Assembly (NCBI GenBank): GCA_963755715.1
Contig: CAVWLW010000065.1
Span: forward strand, 15,914 to 79,913
Origin: an uncultured delta proteobacterium
Lineage (GTDB): Bacteria > Desulfobacterota > Binatia > UBA9968
Reading direction: 5' to 3'
DNA length: 64,000 nt
Below the pieces are notes generated by a model that saw nothing but the letters and a program-made list of their open reading frames with translations, did not search any database and was not told where the DNA came from. Position numbers and translations under genes: made by a program. This document shows positions 10,787-22,951 of the stretch, piece after piece. The number at the start of each line of letters is the position of its first letter. Positions within the stretch are counted from its first letter, which is position 1.

Positions 10787-11491
10787 ATGGCTTCTATGAA
10801 CTCACTGAGGGACGAACTTAACCGAATGGCGAATCTGCAGTTTGAGACGCCGGAATTCGAGCGCCTGCTGTCCGTTCGCTTGACGCTGCCGCGGGCGCGT
10901 TTTTACATCAAGCACAATGCTTACTACAACAAGAACCGCCGCGACTGTTGGGGATTCGTGCTCGGCGCCGCTCCTTTGGACGTCAAGAAACTCGTGTGGA
11001 AACACGAGGAGGACGAGCTTATCACCGACAAGCGGGAAGGCGAGGATCACTATTCGTTGGTCGTGAGGCAGGCGCAGATGGTCGGTGTGACGCGCGAGGA
11101 AATCGAACAATCGGAACCCATACCCGGGGCGCGCGCCGCCCAATACGCCTGGCTTCATATCGCGCGCAACCGGCCGTGGTTGGAGGCGTTCACCAGCTCA
11201 ACGATGCTCGAGCGACGCAACAATGGCGAAATCATCAAAGGCGGCGGTCTGTCGGCGCGCATCGCCAAGCGTTGGGTGGAAGACTTGGGCGTTGCCATTG
11301 AAAAGGCGCCGTCGCTCAAGGTTCACGCGGTTGCCGATGTGGAGCACGCCGATATGATGTGGGAAGTTTTTGAAAATCATGCAGCGAGCGATGAAGCGCA
11401 GCGCGCGGTTCTTAGCGCTGCGCACGACTGCATGGAGATCGATCGCGCCTATCGCGGCGCTCTTGCCGACGCCATGCTCAGGATCGATTGA
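10787..11491 (+). CDS. Heme-oxygenase-like dimetal oxidase (PqqC/TenA/CADD superfamily)
   Basis: Helical protein with an EDE...DH and E...HAVADVEH ligand pattern. Confidence 0.7.
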   Translation: MASMNSLRDELNRMANLQFETPEFERLLSVRLTLPRARFYIKHNAYYNKNRRDCWGFVLGAAPLDVKKLVWKHEEDELITDKREGEDHYSLVVRQAQMVGVTREEIEQSEPIPGARAAQYAWLHIARNRPWLEAFTSSTMLERRNNGEIIKGGGLSARIAKRWVEDLGVAIEKAPSLKVHAVADVEHADMMWEVFENHAASDEAQRAVLSAAHDCMEIDRAYRGALADAMLRID

Positions 11492-11560
11492 GCCGCTGCG
11501 CAATTGCGGAGTTTGGGGTCTCTCGGTAGTTACCCCTCGCCTTCAGACGAAGAGAAGTTT

Positions 11561-11644
11561 CGTCGTGCCGGCGCAGGCCGGCATCCAGGTTCGTTTCAGT
11601 GGCAGTTCAAAGGTCCCTGGATTCCGGCATCCGCCGGAATGACG
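11561..11644. repeat. Palindromic repeat family A, copy 1
   Basis: CGTCGTGCCGGCGCAGGCCGGCATCCAGG...CCTGGATTCCGGCATCCGCCGGAATGACG; related copies at 32372, 36676 and 52806. Confidence 0.85.
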
Positions 11645-11710
11645 GAAGGGAGAACTGTCGACCCAAGTCAACGCCTATAACCTCGACTTTTAGCCGAAGG
11701 GCCATTTAAG

Positions 11711-12415
11711 TCAGGGGACCTTTCTCGGCCGCTCTTGTTTGATCTTCTCTTTAACTTCTTGAAGCTTCATCACGTCGGTGTATTTGTGGTGCATGTCGAA
11801 GAGATTGACCTTGTGCGACAGCGGACTGCGATCGAAGACGCATTCTTCAACGATCGACACGTGATAGCCGAGCGAGTATCCATCGACGCAGCTGGCACGT
11901 ACGCAGCCGCTGGTGCTTTCGCCGCAGACGATCAAACTGTCGACGCCGAGTTGCGTCAGATGAGCGACGAGCGGCGTGCCGAAAAAGCCGCTGGCGCGTT
12001 CTTTGAAAATGACCACATCGCCCGATTCGGGTTTGAACTCTTCCTTGATCTCGAATGCTTGCGGATCGATCTTGACCCGTTGGCGATTGGTCGCATGAAC
12101 GGCGCCGGGTTTCGCTTCTTTGCGGGTTTCGGTGGTCGTATAAAAGACCGGGATTTTCAGTGATCGCGCCAACGCAAACAGCTCTTGCGTCGGTTTGATC
12201 GCGTTGTGCGCATAAACACCACACGAGCTTTTGTAGGTATCGACGAGCTCATGCGGCTCTTTGGCGCCGCCTTCATACGCGAGATTATAAAGATCGATGG
12301 CCAAGAGCGCCGGTCTTTGACCGATATAGGTTTCACGATGGTACGGAGTATAGGTTTTTAATATCTCCGGCGTGACAACGTCTTTCCAACAGTGATCTTC
12401 GAATTCGGCTGTCAT
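11711..12415 (-). CDS. Isochorismatase-family cysteine hydrolase
   Basis: Catalytic triad in ALLAIDL (D), KERASGF (K) and GESTSGCVRAS (C). Confidence 0.9.
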   Translation of the reverse strand: MTAEFEDHCWKDVVTPEILKTYTPYHRETYIGQRPALLAIDLYNLAYEGGAKEPHELVDTYKSSCGVYAHNAIKPTQELFALARSLKIPVFYTTTETRKEAKPGAVHATNRQRVKIDPQAFEIKEEFKPESGDVVIFKERASGFFGTPLVAHLTQLGVDSLIVCGESTSGCVRASCVDGYSLGYHVSIVEECVFDRSPLSHKVNLFDMHHKYTDVMKLQEVKEKIKQERPRKVP

Positions 12416-12599
12416 GATTTTTCTCCTTGTCGATGGATTCCGCGATTGACGGATCGCGCGAGTATCTTTTCCTCTACCTGGTGCCGAGCGGTGTTGTCAA
12501 GGAATAGAAAAGACAAAGCATGCGAATGGATTGACACGCCAGCGCTCGTCGGTTAAATGGTTGCGGGCGGAAATTTCGGGATGCGCAAAGGGGATCGAT

Positions 12600-14331
12600 A
12601 TGTCAAAGCATAAAAACAAAGCCAACTCCGGCTTGCGGAACTCGACGCTCAACCGGCGACAGTTCATCAAGCTAGCCGGCGTGTCGGCCGTCTCGGTCGG
12701 TGCGATGTCTTGGCCCCGGGCGCCGATCTTTGCCGCTCAACCGTCGCGCAAGCGAATCGTCATTCACGGCGAACGCCAGGTGACCAGTCTTGGATACCAC
12801 AACCGGCGTGAAACCGAACATGTCTCGATGGTCGATGCCGGGCTCGTCGGACAAAACCCTGTGACGCTAGAGCGCGTGCCGATGCTCGCCGAAGAGTTGC
12901 CGTCGGTGAAAAAGGGCACCTGGAAAATCGACATGCAGAAAAAGACCATGGTCACGGTCTATAAACTCCGGCCCAATCTCAAGTGGCATGACGGCAAGCC
13001 GTATACTTCGAAAGATTTCGAATTCGGCTGGCAGATCTCCAAACATCCCGGAATTTCCCATGCCCGATCGGCTCGTGCCGGAGTTGATTTCTAAGATCGA
13101 AACGCCGGATGACCGCACGATCGTGATCCATTGGAACGATCTCTATAACGAGGCTTACGCAATCCAATATACCCACGTGCGCGCGTTTCCGCGTCATCTT
13201 TTGCTCGACGCGTTCAGCGGCGGCGACATGAAAGCATTCGCCAATCTGCCCTTCTGGAACAAAAACTTCATCGGCGCGGGCCCCTATCGCGTCGCCGAGT
13301 GGGACGCCGGCACACGCATGGAGCTCGAAGCATTCAAAGATTTTCCCCTTGGCCAGCCGAAGATCGAGCGCATGACCTACAAAACGGTGGAAGACAGCAA
13401 TACCAACCTCGCCGCCGTGCTCGCCGGCGAAGTGGATTTTTGCATGCGCAGCACGATTTCGTTCGACGGCGCGATGATTTTGCGTGACCAATGGGAGAAG
13501 GCGGGGAAGGGAAAGATTTTGATTAGCCCAGCGTCCTGGACATGGCTGAGTCTCAGCCGCGACAATCCATTTTTCAGCGACGTCCGGGTACGGCGCGCAC
13601 TGCTGCATGCGATCGATCGCGATGCGATGGTGCAAAATATTTTCAAGGGAGAAAAAGTGGTGTCCGATTTGCCGCTTTCCCGAGTGCGCAAGAGTTATAA
13701 AAAGGCGTTGGCCGCCTCGACCGTCTACAAATTCGACGCCGAGCGGGCAAAAAAGCTGATGGCGGAGGCGGGCTGGAAACCGGGAGCCGACGGGGTTCTC
13801 ACCAATGCGAAAGGCGAGCGCATGGAATTCGAGTTTCGCGTCACCGCGGAGCGGCGCGATCACGAACAGGCGCAAGCGATCATCGCCGACTACTGGAAGA
13901 AGGTCGGTGTTCGGACCAACATCAAGAATATGCCGAACCGGCTGCTCAACAGCGCCGATAACCGCAACCGCTGGCCCGGCGCCTACATCGGTTCGCATAA
14001 CGTCACGGTTGAAGAGTGGCAGGAGCGTTTTCACAGCAAAAACATCCCGACGGCCGAAAATAAATATGCTCCCGAGAACGTGTCGGGCTGGAATGATCCA
14101 AAAAAAGACGCGATCTTGGACGAGCTCAGCTCGATCATTTCGCCCGCGCGCTCGGAGCAGTTGCAGATCGAATTTTGCAAGATGTTCAGCACGGCGCTGC
14201 CGCATCTGCCGCTAAGCTATTCACCCGAGGTGCTAGTCGTCAAAAAAGGTCTGACCGGCATCACGCCGCGGCAAGAGAGTGGTGGGCAGAACTCGAGCAG
14301 CTGGAACACGTATCAGTGGGACAAAGTTTAA
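12600..14331 (+). CDS. Tat-exported family 5 (Opp/Dpp) ABC substrate-binding protein (frameshift near 13045)
   Basis: NRRQFIK Tat motif and KWHDGKPYTSKDFEF in the first frame; GAGPY and DVRVRRAL in the second frame. Confidence 0.85.
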
Positions 14332-14336
14332 GAGAA

Positions 14337-14389
14337 CAAACGTTCCAGAAGTTCCAATCGTTCCAGCCGTTCAAAACGTCGAAAACGTC
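14337..14389. repeat. Degenerate 9-bp tandem repeat
   Basis: cgttccaga/agttccaat/cgttccagc/cgttcaaaa; a 17-bp core recurs inverted at 46143..46159. Confidence 0.6.
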
Positions 14390-14444
14390 GGGCGCGATTG
14401 ATCACGCGTTAAATCTAGAGGCGTCTGCTAAAAAATAGAAAATC

Positions 14445-15416
14445 ATGCTTTTGTACGTGATTCGGCGACTCCTGCAGATCGTGCCACTGTTGCTGGTTAT
14501 CTCGGCCCTGATTTTCGCTCTGCTCTATGCGATGCCGGGTGATCCGCTTTATCGCATGCTGCAGGACATTCCGCATCTGCGGCCGGAGGATTATGAGCGT
14601 TTACGCAAGCTCTACGGTTTCGACGATCCTTTCTATGTGCAGTATTGGAAGTGGCTCTGGCAGTTGCTGCAATTGAACCCCGGCTATTCGCGCGAGTACG
14701 GCCAGCCGGTTTTCGAAATTATCTGGCCGGCGCTCAAAAACACTCTGGTGTTGACGGTGTTGGCGGTAGTGATCGGCAAAACCATCGCCATTCTCCTGGG
14801 CATTTTTTCCGCCGTGCGCCAGTATTCGCTCGGCGACTATTTTTTAACCGGCGCCACTTTCATTGCCTACTCGGTTCCTGCTTTTTGGCTCGGTCTCATG
14901 TTGATCATCGTCTTCTCGGTCAAGCTCGGTTGGTTGCCGACCTCGGGTATTGTCAATGCTGATTTCACGCCGGGAAGTTGGGAGGCGACCGTCGACTGGT
15001 TAAAGCATTTGATCTTGCCCGTCGCCGTGTTGGCGATTTCTGAAATTATTCAAGTGCAGCGCTTCATGCGCTCGAGCATGCTCGAAGTGCTGCGCCAGGA
15101 TTATTTAACGACCGCGCGCGCTAAGGGATTGAGCGAAATCATCGTCGTCGGACGACATGCTTTAAAAAATGCGCTGATCCCAGTGGTCACTATTATCGCG
15201 GTCACGATGCCGCGCGTGGTCGGTGGCTCCACCGTCGTCGAAACTGTCTTTGCCTATCCCGGCATGGGACGGCTGCTTTACACTTCGATCATGGGTAACG
15301 ATTACGTCGTCGCGATGACTGTGGTCATGATCATCGCCGTGACCGTGGTGTTTTTTAATCTGCTCGCGGACATTATTTATGGCTGGCTCGATCCAAGAAT
15401 TCGCTATCAGAGCTGA
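14445..15416 (+). CDS. Opp/Dpp ABC permease (OppB-like)
   Basis: DYLTTARAKGLSE EAA loop, HALKNAL and DPRIRY. Confidence 0.92.
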   Translation: MLLYVIRRLLQIVPLLLVISALIFALLYAMPGDPLYRMLQDIPHLRPEDYERLRKLYGFDDPFYVQYWKWLWQLLQLNPGYSREYGQPVFEIIWPALKNTLVLTVLAVVIGKTIAILLGIFSAVRQYSLGDYFLTGATFIAYSVPAFWLGLMLIIVFSVKLGWLPTSGIVNADFTPGSWEATVDWLKHLILPVAVLAISEIIQVQRFMRSSMLEVLRQDYLTTARAKGLSEIIVVGRHALKNALIPVVTIIAVTMPRVVGGSTVVETVFAYPGMGRLLYTSIMGNDYVVAMTVVMIIAVTVVFFNLLADIIYGWLDPRIRYQS

Positions 15417-16292
15417 AGCGGCGCCAGCGCCGACGTTGACCTCTGGCTATTGGCGCGTCGTTTGGCAGCGCTTTAAGCGCCACCGGATCGCTTACGTCGG
15501 CTTTTTTTTCTTTGTTTTTTTGCTCTTTCTGGTTATTGCGGGACCGTACATGGCGCCTTACGAGCTCGATCAGATTTCCTTGTCCGAGCGCATGCAGATG
15601 CCGTCGCTCAAGCACTGGCTCGGCACGGATGAGTTGGGACGAGATACCTGGGTGCGCATCATGCACGGCGGGCGGGTTTCCCTCGCCGTCGGGCTCACGG
15701 TCGGCCTCAGCACGGTGATTCTTGGCGGTTTGATCGGCATCCTCGCCGGTTATGTCGGCGGCGTTTTGGACAACCTGCTCATGCGCCTGGTCGACACGAT
15801 TTACACGATTCCGCGCATCGTGCTGTTGTTGGTTCTGTCGAAATTGGCCGGACCCGGGTTGCTCAATATCATCCTCATTCTCGTCGCGCTGGAATGGACC
15901 AACGCGGCGCGCCTGGCGCGCAGCGCGGTGTTATCATTTCGCGAGCAGGAATTCGTCCTCGCGGCGCAATGCTTGGGCGCTTCGCGCTGGCGCGATCATG
16001 CTGCGTCATCTGCTGCCGAATTCGCTTGCGCCGCTGATCGTCGCCGCGACTTTAGACGCCGGCGCGGCGATCCGCGCTGAAACGACGTTGAGTTTTCTCG
16101 GCCTGGGCATTCAGCCGCCGACGCCGAGCTGGGGCAACTTGCTCACCAACGCCGCGACCAATATCTTTCATCGCGCCGTTGCAAGTTTTTCTGCCTGGAC
16201 TTTTTATTTTCTTTGCTTTGATGAGCTTCAATTTGCTCGGCGACGCGCTGCGCGATGCGTTGGACCCGCGCCTGGCCGAACGCGGCAAGTGA
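15379..16292 (+). CDS. Opp/Dpp ABC permease (OppC-like; two frameshifts near 15990 and 16170)
   Basis: [46 protein letters not shown] and LRDALDPR spread over three frames. Confidence 0.85.
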
Positions 16293-16315
16293 ACTCTCGT
16301 CGTGGCGCGTGGCAA

Positions 16316-17359
16316 TTATTGCTTCGCCGCGCCCAGGCTCTGCAAAAAACCCGACGTCTTGAGATAATCCGCGAAAGAGTTGTCGAAAAATTCTCCGGCG
16401 CGCGCGTCTTTGGCGCGCGGGAACTCTTTTTCATCCAGGTACATCAATTGGCCTTGTATCGGCTCGCTGTGCACCGCAAGGTTGGCGTCCCAGTAGGGCG
16501 CGAATTGCTCATAGGTGCCGTCGATGATGTTAGCGTCGTTGGTGTCGGTGAATTTGCCGATCGCCTTTTTCGCTACCGCGGGATTTTGCCGCGCCAGCAT
16601 CGTCGCTTCGGCGGTGGCTTTCATAAAGGCGTAAAGCAAATTCGGGTTCGACTTGATGCTCTTTTCCGTGGTGCCGTAAGCGAGATGGAGGCCAGGTACG
16701 TTGATCTGCGCGATGTCGATCAATAGACTGAGTCCGGCGTCGCGCGCCTTCAAAGTATTCGGCGCTGAGAGAGTTCCGGCTGAAGTCTTGCCATTGATTA
16801 TCGCGGTCAGAATGGCAGGGATACTTTGGACGTAGATAAAACTTACGTCTTTCTCCGAGATCACGCCGGTTTTCTTGATCGCTTCGCGCGCGGCGATCTC
16901 GGTCGACGTGCGCGGCGTCGTCACGGCGATGATTTTGCCTTTCAGGTCCGCGAGAGCGCCGACGCCCTTTGCGCCCCATAATTGAAAGATGAAGCGTTGC
17001 AGCGAGCCGCCGATGTACTTCACCGGAACGTTTTGCAGGCGCGCGTTGACGAGATCCGGGCCCGAAGAGATCACATCGACCTCGCCGGCGACCAGCGCTT
17101 GCAGCGCAACTTGCGAGTTGAGGAGTTTTAAACTCGCGTCCAGGCCGTGTTTTTTGAAAAGCCCGGCTTCCTGCGCCACCCACAGAGGGGTGAACGCGCC
17201 GCTCGCCTGTGTGTAAGAGACCGTGAAGTTGCTTTTTTCGGGCTTGCCGCCGAGCTGCGCACCGGCACGGGATGAAAGTGAAAAGACGGCGAACACAAGC
17301 GCCAATGAAAACCAAAGTTGCCGGTATCGGCGCTCTTTGTTTCGTCCCATCGTGACCAT
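16316..17359 (-). CDS. NitT/TauT-type ABC substrate-binding protein
   Basis: Signal peptide, GLFKKHGLD and DLKGKIIAV. Confidence 0.85.
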   Translation of the reverse strand: MVTMGRNKERRYRQLWFSLALVFAVFSLSSRAGAQLGGKPEKSNFTVSYTQASGAFTPLWVAQEAGLFKKHGLDASLKLLNSQVALQALVAGEVDVISSGPDLVNARLQNVPVKYIGGSLQRFIFQLWGAKGVGALADLKGKIIAVTTPRTSTEIAAREAIKKTGVISEKDVSFIYVQSIPAILTAIINGKTSAGTLSAPNTLKARDAGLSLLIDIAQINVPGLHLAYGTTEKSIKSNPNLLYAFMKATAEATMLARQNPAVAKKAIGKFTDTNDANIIDGTYEQFAPYWDANLAVHSEPIQGQLMYLDEKEFPRAKDARAGEFFDNSFADYLKTSGFLQSLGAAKQ

Positions 17360-17575
17360 GGCTCACCTCCTGGTTGGCGTCTCGATATCAGAAGAGCAAA
17401 GCTGGCGTCAAATGGCTCGTGCCTGGTGGATTTACCATTGAGAGGTGATTTTGATGATGGGCAGGAGCAGAGTGCCCAGCGCGCGAGAGTCAGTGGTTGA
17501 CAGTCAACCGGTTCTCTCTGTAGATTTTCTTGAGAATTCGCGATCTGAGCGCAAACGCGACGGAGGAAGCACAAA

Positions 17576-18892
17576 ATGGCAGAAACCAAAGCAGAGAACG
17601 CAGGGCAGAGCGCCTATCAAAAATTGCTCGATGATTTGCCGCGCACCGGGCCGGGGACTCGCGGCGGTGAGATGCTCAGGCGCTATTGGCATCCGGTGTG
17701 TTTGTCCTCGAGCCTCAGCGACATTCCCATTGCAGTTCGGATGCTTTGCGAAGATTTGGTTGTGTTTCGCGATGGCCAAGGACGGCCCGGTTTGTTGGGC
17801 ATCCGCTGTCCGCATCGTTTGGCGTCGTTGGAGTATGGCCAGGTGCAAGAAGACGGGCTGATGTGTTCCTATCATGGCTGGAGATACGACGTGAAAGGGC
17901 GGTGCATCGACCAGCCGTTGGAGCCGCGCGACAGCACTCTCAAAAACAACATCCGCCATCTCTGGTATCCGATCGAAGAGTGGGGCGGTGTGATCTGGAC
18001 CTACATGGGACCGGAAAAAGAAAATCCGCCGCCGCTGTCGAAGATCGACGTGCTGGCGCGCACCGATGGCGAACTGAAGCTTGTCGACGGCGACGTGCGC
18101 AATTACAACTATCTCAACTGGATGGAAAACTTCGCCGACATGGGGCACGCGACGGTGCTGCACGGACTAGTCGTGCGCGATCTACCGGAAGCGCTCAAAC
18201 CGTACAACGACTGCAGTATTAAAAACTGGACGCCGCTGCCGCTGGAGCACGTCGAGACCGACTACGGCATGAAGACGGTATCCGTGCTCGACACCGGCGA
18301 CCCGGAAATTAAGTTCGTTAATACTTGGGCGCTGGCGATGCCGATTCACTGGAGATTCTCAGGTCTCCGATCCGGTTTTCCCCCCGATTTTACGGACGAA
18401 CGCCAAGAAGGCGGCGGTATGATTCGCATCATCGATGACACGCACTTCGAGCTGATTCGTTACAGCCTCACGCGCAAGGGAAATTTCACGGGCGGCTGGC
18501 TGTTCGGCTTGCCAAGCGACCTGAAAGGCACGGCCGAGCAAAAGGCGCACGACAAGCGAAAATATAAAGGTTGGGAGGGAATACCTGCGTTAGAAGATCT
18601 CGTGTTGCAGGAATCGCAAGGCGAGATTCCCGATCGTCGACTCGAGCATCTGGCCAGCTCGGATCGCGGCGTCATCATGTTGCGCAGAATCTGGCACAAG
18701 GCGATGGCAGATGTCGCCGCCGGTAAAGACCCGAAAGGCGTAAGTCGCGGGGTCAATGGCATGCTCGAAGTGGATACCTTTCACGGCCACGTCAAGGCGA
18801 GCGAGCTAAAGATCGGTCCCGAGAACATGCCGTCTTCGACGGACGGCAGAGGACTGATTCGCGATAAGAACGGCGATCTGGTTTTTGCGTGA
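17576..18892 (+). CDS. Rieske non-heme iron oxygenase (phthalate 4,5-dioxygenase-like)
   Basis: Rieske CPHR...CSYHGW; mononuclear Fe ENFADMGHATVLH...ED; EHLASSDRG. Confidence 0.9.
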   Translation: MAETKAENAGQSAYQKLLDDLPRTGPGTRGGEMLRRYWHPVCLSSSLSDIPIAVRMLCEDLVVFRDGQGRPGLLGIRCPHRLASLEYGQVQEDGLMCSYHGWRYDVKGRCIDQPLEPRDSTLKNNIRHLWYPIEEWGGVIWTYMGPEKENPPPLSKIDVLARTDGELKLVDGDVRNYNYLNWMENFADMGHATVLHGLVVRDLPEALKPYNDCSIKNWTPLPLEHVETDYGMKTVSVLDTGDPEIKFVNTWALAMPIHWRFSGLRSGFPPDFTDERQEGGGMIRIIDDTHFELIRYSLTRKGNFTGGWLFGLPSDLKGTAEQKAHDKRKYKGWEGIPALEDLVLQESQGEIPDRRLEHLASSDRGVIMLRRIWHKAMADVAAGKDPKGVSRGVNGMLEVDTFHGHVKASELKIGPENMPSSTDGRGLIRDKNGDLVFA

Positions 18893-18937
18893 GAAAATAA
18901 TCAAGCCGCACGGATCAAGATCGGCCGCGACTGCGGT

Positions 18938-20074
18938 TCACTTCTTGTAACTGATTCGATAGATAGCGCCGGCTTCATCATCGGAGACGAGCAAGGCGCC
19001 GTCGGGCATAACGACCACATCGACGGGCCTGCCCCAAGCTCGGCTTCCTTGCAGCCATCCTTCGGCGAAAGTCTTGTACGATACGGCTCGGTTACCTTGT
19101 AGCTGCACAAGGGTGACGCGATAGCCGATCGGCGTGCTGCGATTCCATGAGCCATGCTCGGCGATGAAGATCTGGTTTTTATATTCCGACGGAAACATCG
19201 AACCGGTGTAAAATCGCATGCCCAGCGCGGCGACGTGCGGACCGAGCTTTTGCGCCGGCGCGGTAAATTCGCTGCAGGGACGCTTCTTGCCGAACTCAGG
19301 ATCGGGGATATCGCCGCCATGACAGTAGGGGTAGCCGAAATGCAGCCCCGGCTTCGGCGCATGATTCAATTCATCCGGCGGAACGTCGTCTCCCTGCCGA
19401 TCCCGTCCGTTGTCGGTGAACCAAAGCTCCTTGGTCTGTGGATGCCAATCAAAACCGACCGTATTGCGAATGCCGCGGGCAAACACTTCGACACCGCTGC
19501 CGTCGGCTTTCATGCGTTTGATTAGCGCATAGCGATCCGCATCGGGCTCGCAAATATTGCACGGCGCGCCGACCGGTATATAAAGCCGCTCGTCCGGACC
19601 AAAAGCGATAAATTTCCAGCCGTGTTGCCGATCGGCTAGGAAAACTATTGTTGACCGACGACAGGTTTGGGGACATCGTTCAGCCGAGATTCGATGCCAT
19701 CGTAGCGCAGCACTCGACTGATTTCCGCGACGTAAAGCGCGCCATCTCTGAATGCCACACCGTTGGGCGTATTGAGTCCCTGGGCGAGCACCATCGGTTT
19801 TTTGTTCTGCTCGCCGCCGCGCGTTTGAATCGCATATACCTTGCCTGCTTTTTGAGTGCCGATGAATAGCGTGCCGCTCGGACTAAGAGCTCATGGATCG
19901 AGCACCAGGTACTTCGGCATACAGGCTGATCTCGAAGCCGGGCGGCAATTGAATTTTGTCCAAAGGAAGTTTTTCGGCGCCAATCGAATCAGCCTTCATC
20001 CACAACAGAATCGAAACGAACCAAGACGGCGACGCCAAAATGCGGACAACGTAAACTTGTTTGTTTTCATTCAT
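18938..20074 (-). CDS. PQQ-dependent sugar/sorbosone dehydrogenase family (several frameshifts)
   Basis: LPPGFEISLYAEVPGAR, PNGVAFRDG, GAPCNIC, GIRNTVGFDW, AEHGSWNRS and GRPVDV across frames. Confidence 0.85.
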
Positions 20075-20122
20075 TTCTCTCCGGCCGAGGATCATTAAAA
20101 ATTCAAACCGCTGGAGCGAACC

Positions 20123-20138
20123 GCAACCCGCATGCCAA
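20123..20138 (-). promoter_or_regulatory. Sigma-54 (-24/-12) promoter
   Basis: TTGGCATGCGGGTTGC on the minus strand, about 50 bp upstream of the PQQ dehydrogenase. Confidence 0.65.
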
Positions 20139-20267
20139 GAAGCTGATTGCCGTACGTATATCGCAACTGATGGAAAATTCTGGCTATCGATTTGTACTGA
20201 CTAAAAGCACGTCCCAAATTCGCGACAGACTAGCGCGCAAAAATCTCTGCATATTGAAATTCTCTGT

Positions 20268-20930
20268 CTAACTCAATGGCGATTCGGCGTAGTGGTCGAG
20301 TAAATCGGCGGGATCGCGGTACACAACGACGCAACCCGCCTGGCGCAATTCTGCTTCTTGCCAGCCGCCGCAGAGTAAACCGACGGTGGTTAGATTTACC
20401 TTGGCCGCCGCCTCGACATCGTAAGGCGTGTCGCCGACGACCATGACTTCTTTGGCTGCTATCCCAGCCAACTTCTTCAGCGCTGCTTCAAAGATATCCG
20501 CATGGGGTTTGGATCGCTCGGCATCGTCGGACGAGGTTTCAGCGTCGACCAGATCATCGATCCGTGCGATTTTCTTGTAACTAGCGAGCTCATCTTCCTT
20601 AGCCGAAGACGCGAGCGCGATGCGCTTGCCGCCGTGTCGGATCCGCTCGAAAAGCTCGCGCACTTTTGGGAATGCTACGACGCGCGGCATATATTGTTTT
20701 TTAAAAAGCGCGCCACGATACTTGTCCAATATGGCGCCGAACTCATCGAGCTCACGCTTGGAGAAAAAAACCGGCAGCAACTGATCGGCGCCTTTGCCGA
20801 TCTGTCTGCGTAGTGCCTCCAGGTCGACTTCTTTGCCGAATTTCTTGAACGCTTCTTGCCATGCTTCGGCGTGTAGATCCACCGAATCGACAATCGTTCC
20901 ATCGACATCGAATACGACTGCTTTGATCAT
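20268..20930 (-). CDS. HAD-superfamily hydrolase
   Basis: FDVDGTIVDS, KPHADIF and VGDTPYD. Confidence 0.92.
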   Translation of the reverse strand: MIKAVVFDVDGTIVDSVDLHAEAWQEAFKKFGKEVDLEALRRQIGKGADQLLPVFFSKRELDEFGAILDKYRGALFKKQYMPRVVAFPKVRELFERIRHGGKRIALASSAKEDELASYKKIARIDDLVDAETSSDDAERSKPHADIFEAALKKLAGIAAKEVMVVGDTPYDVEAAAKVNLTTVGLLCGGWQEAELRQAGCVVVYRDPADLLDHYAESPLS

Positions 20931-21028
20931 ATTTCTTGTTCCTCAGCGGAATGAGAGAGCAAACGATAGACCAAACGCCGCGGTGTGAGTCGGGTGTGGC
21001 ATTCGAATTGCTGTCCCGCATCATCATC

Positions 21029-21538
21029 ATGATTCGAAAGCTATTGAGGGCTCTAGTCCGACGACCTACGGTAGGGGGCATTGTTTTTCTTGCAGCCATG
21101 CTGTCGGCAAATGCCATCACGAGCGCGGAACCTGTCGGGAAAAATCCCGACAATCATGAGTCGCTTTCGAAGATTGTCGAAAGCCTCAAGTCGGCCTGGA
21201 ATAAAAATGATGCGGATCGCATCGCCGAACTTTTTCTTCCCGATGCAATTTTGGTGTTGCCCACCGGCTCTGTCACCCGCTCCCGTTCCGAAATCAGGCA
21301 GCGCGTTATCGCCGAATGGCGCGGTAAGTTGAAAGACTCTCAATTGAGCTATGCCGTGGAAGATGTTTCCCTGCTGGATAACGATACCGCGGTTGTCACC
21401 GGAAAGTATCGGTTAAGCGGAGTGAAGATCCTTGGCTTTGATCAAGCGCCGGAAGGACCTTTCATCTTCCGCCACAAGAAACAGCGCGGTCGCTGGATGA
21501 TCTCGAAAGCGGAGATTCTTGGCCATAAGGCGAAATAG
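21029..21538 (+). CDS. Secreted NTF2-like (SgcJ/EcaC, DUF4440) protein
   Basis: Signal peptide, AWNKNDADRIAELFLPDA and GRWMIS. Confidence 0.72.
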   Translation: MIRKLLRALVRRPTVGGIVFLAAMLSANAITSAEPVGKNPDNHESLSKIVESLKSAWNKNDADRIAELFLPDAILVLPTGSVTRSRSEIRQRVIAEWRGKLKDSQLSYAVEDVSLLDNDTAVVTGKYRLSGVKILGFDQAPEGPFIFRHKKQRGRWMISKAEILGHKAK

Positions 21539-21574
21539 ACATAGATCGAGGTCCAAAGAGATAAACACAGGTTG

Positions 21575-21866
21575 GTGAAAATCAAAGCCCTGAAGAATTG
21601 GCCACCTCAGGAGTGGAGATCTGAGGCGCAGACTCTCGCCCCGGAAAATGCCCTCGATGCCGCGGACGTGAGCGCCTCGGTTGAAGTAAACCAGCCCGGC
21701 GTGCTTATTTTATCCGTCACCCATAATGACCATTCGTTACGGCGCTTCACTTTCCCTTCTGGCGCAACTTGCGACTAAGGTCGCGCTCATCATCAGCGGC
21801 GTCAGCCCAAACAAGCCGCTGCGGGAAATCGGCGAGCTGGAAATGGATTCCGAGTTGTCCCAATAA
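21575..21866 (+). CDS. Small hypothetical protein (probable frameshift near 21735)
   Basis: Coding-like text KIKALKNWPP... continues in a shifted frame to LREIGELEMDSELSQ*. Confidence 0.35.
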
Positions 21867-21935
21867 TTCCCTACGCTCTAGCAAGGTCCGGGCGTTTAGG
21901 TATCATCGAGCAATCCTAGGAAAAGGGGGCGAGAC

Positions 21936-22895
<960 letters not shown>

Positions 22896-22951
22896 GGAAT
22901 CTCGCACCAAGGTCGATATTCGTTCAGGCAACACAACATTCTCTCGTGAAT

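Noticed and set aside
10787-11491. pqqC
   Set aside because: No pqqA/B/D/E neighbours are present, so only superfamily-level assignment is supported.
12979-14205. 408-aa antisense ORF and many similar shadow ORFs
   Set aside because: They lie opposite well-supported genes in GC-rich DNA and show no recognisable motifs.
14337-14389. Tandem repeats or palindromes as a CRISPR array
   Set aside because: There is no repeat-spacer periodicity and no cas genes.
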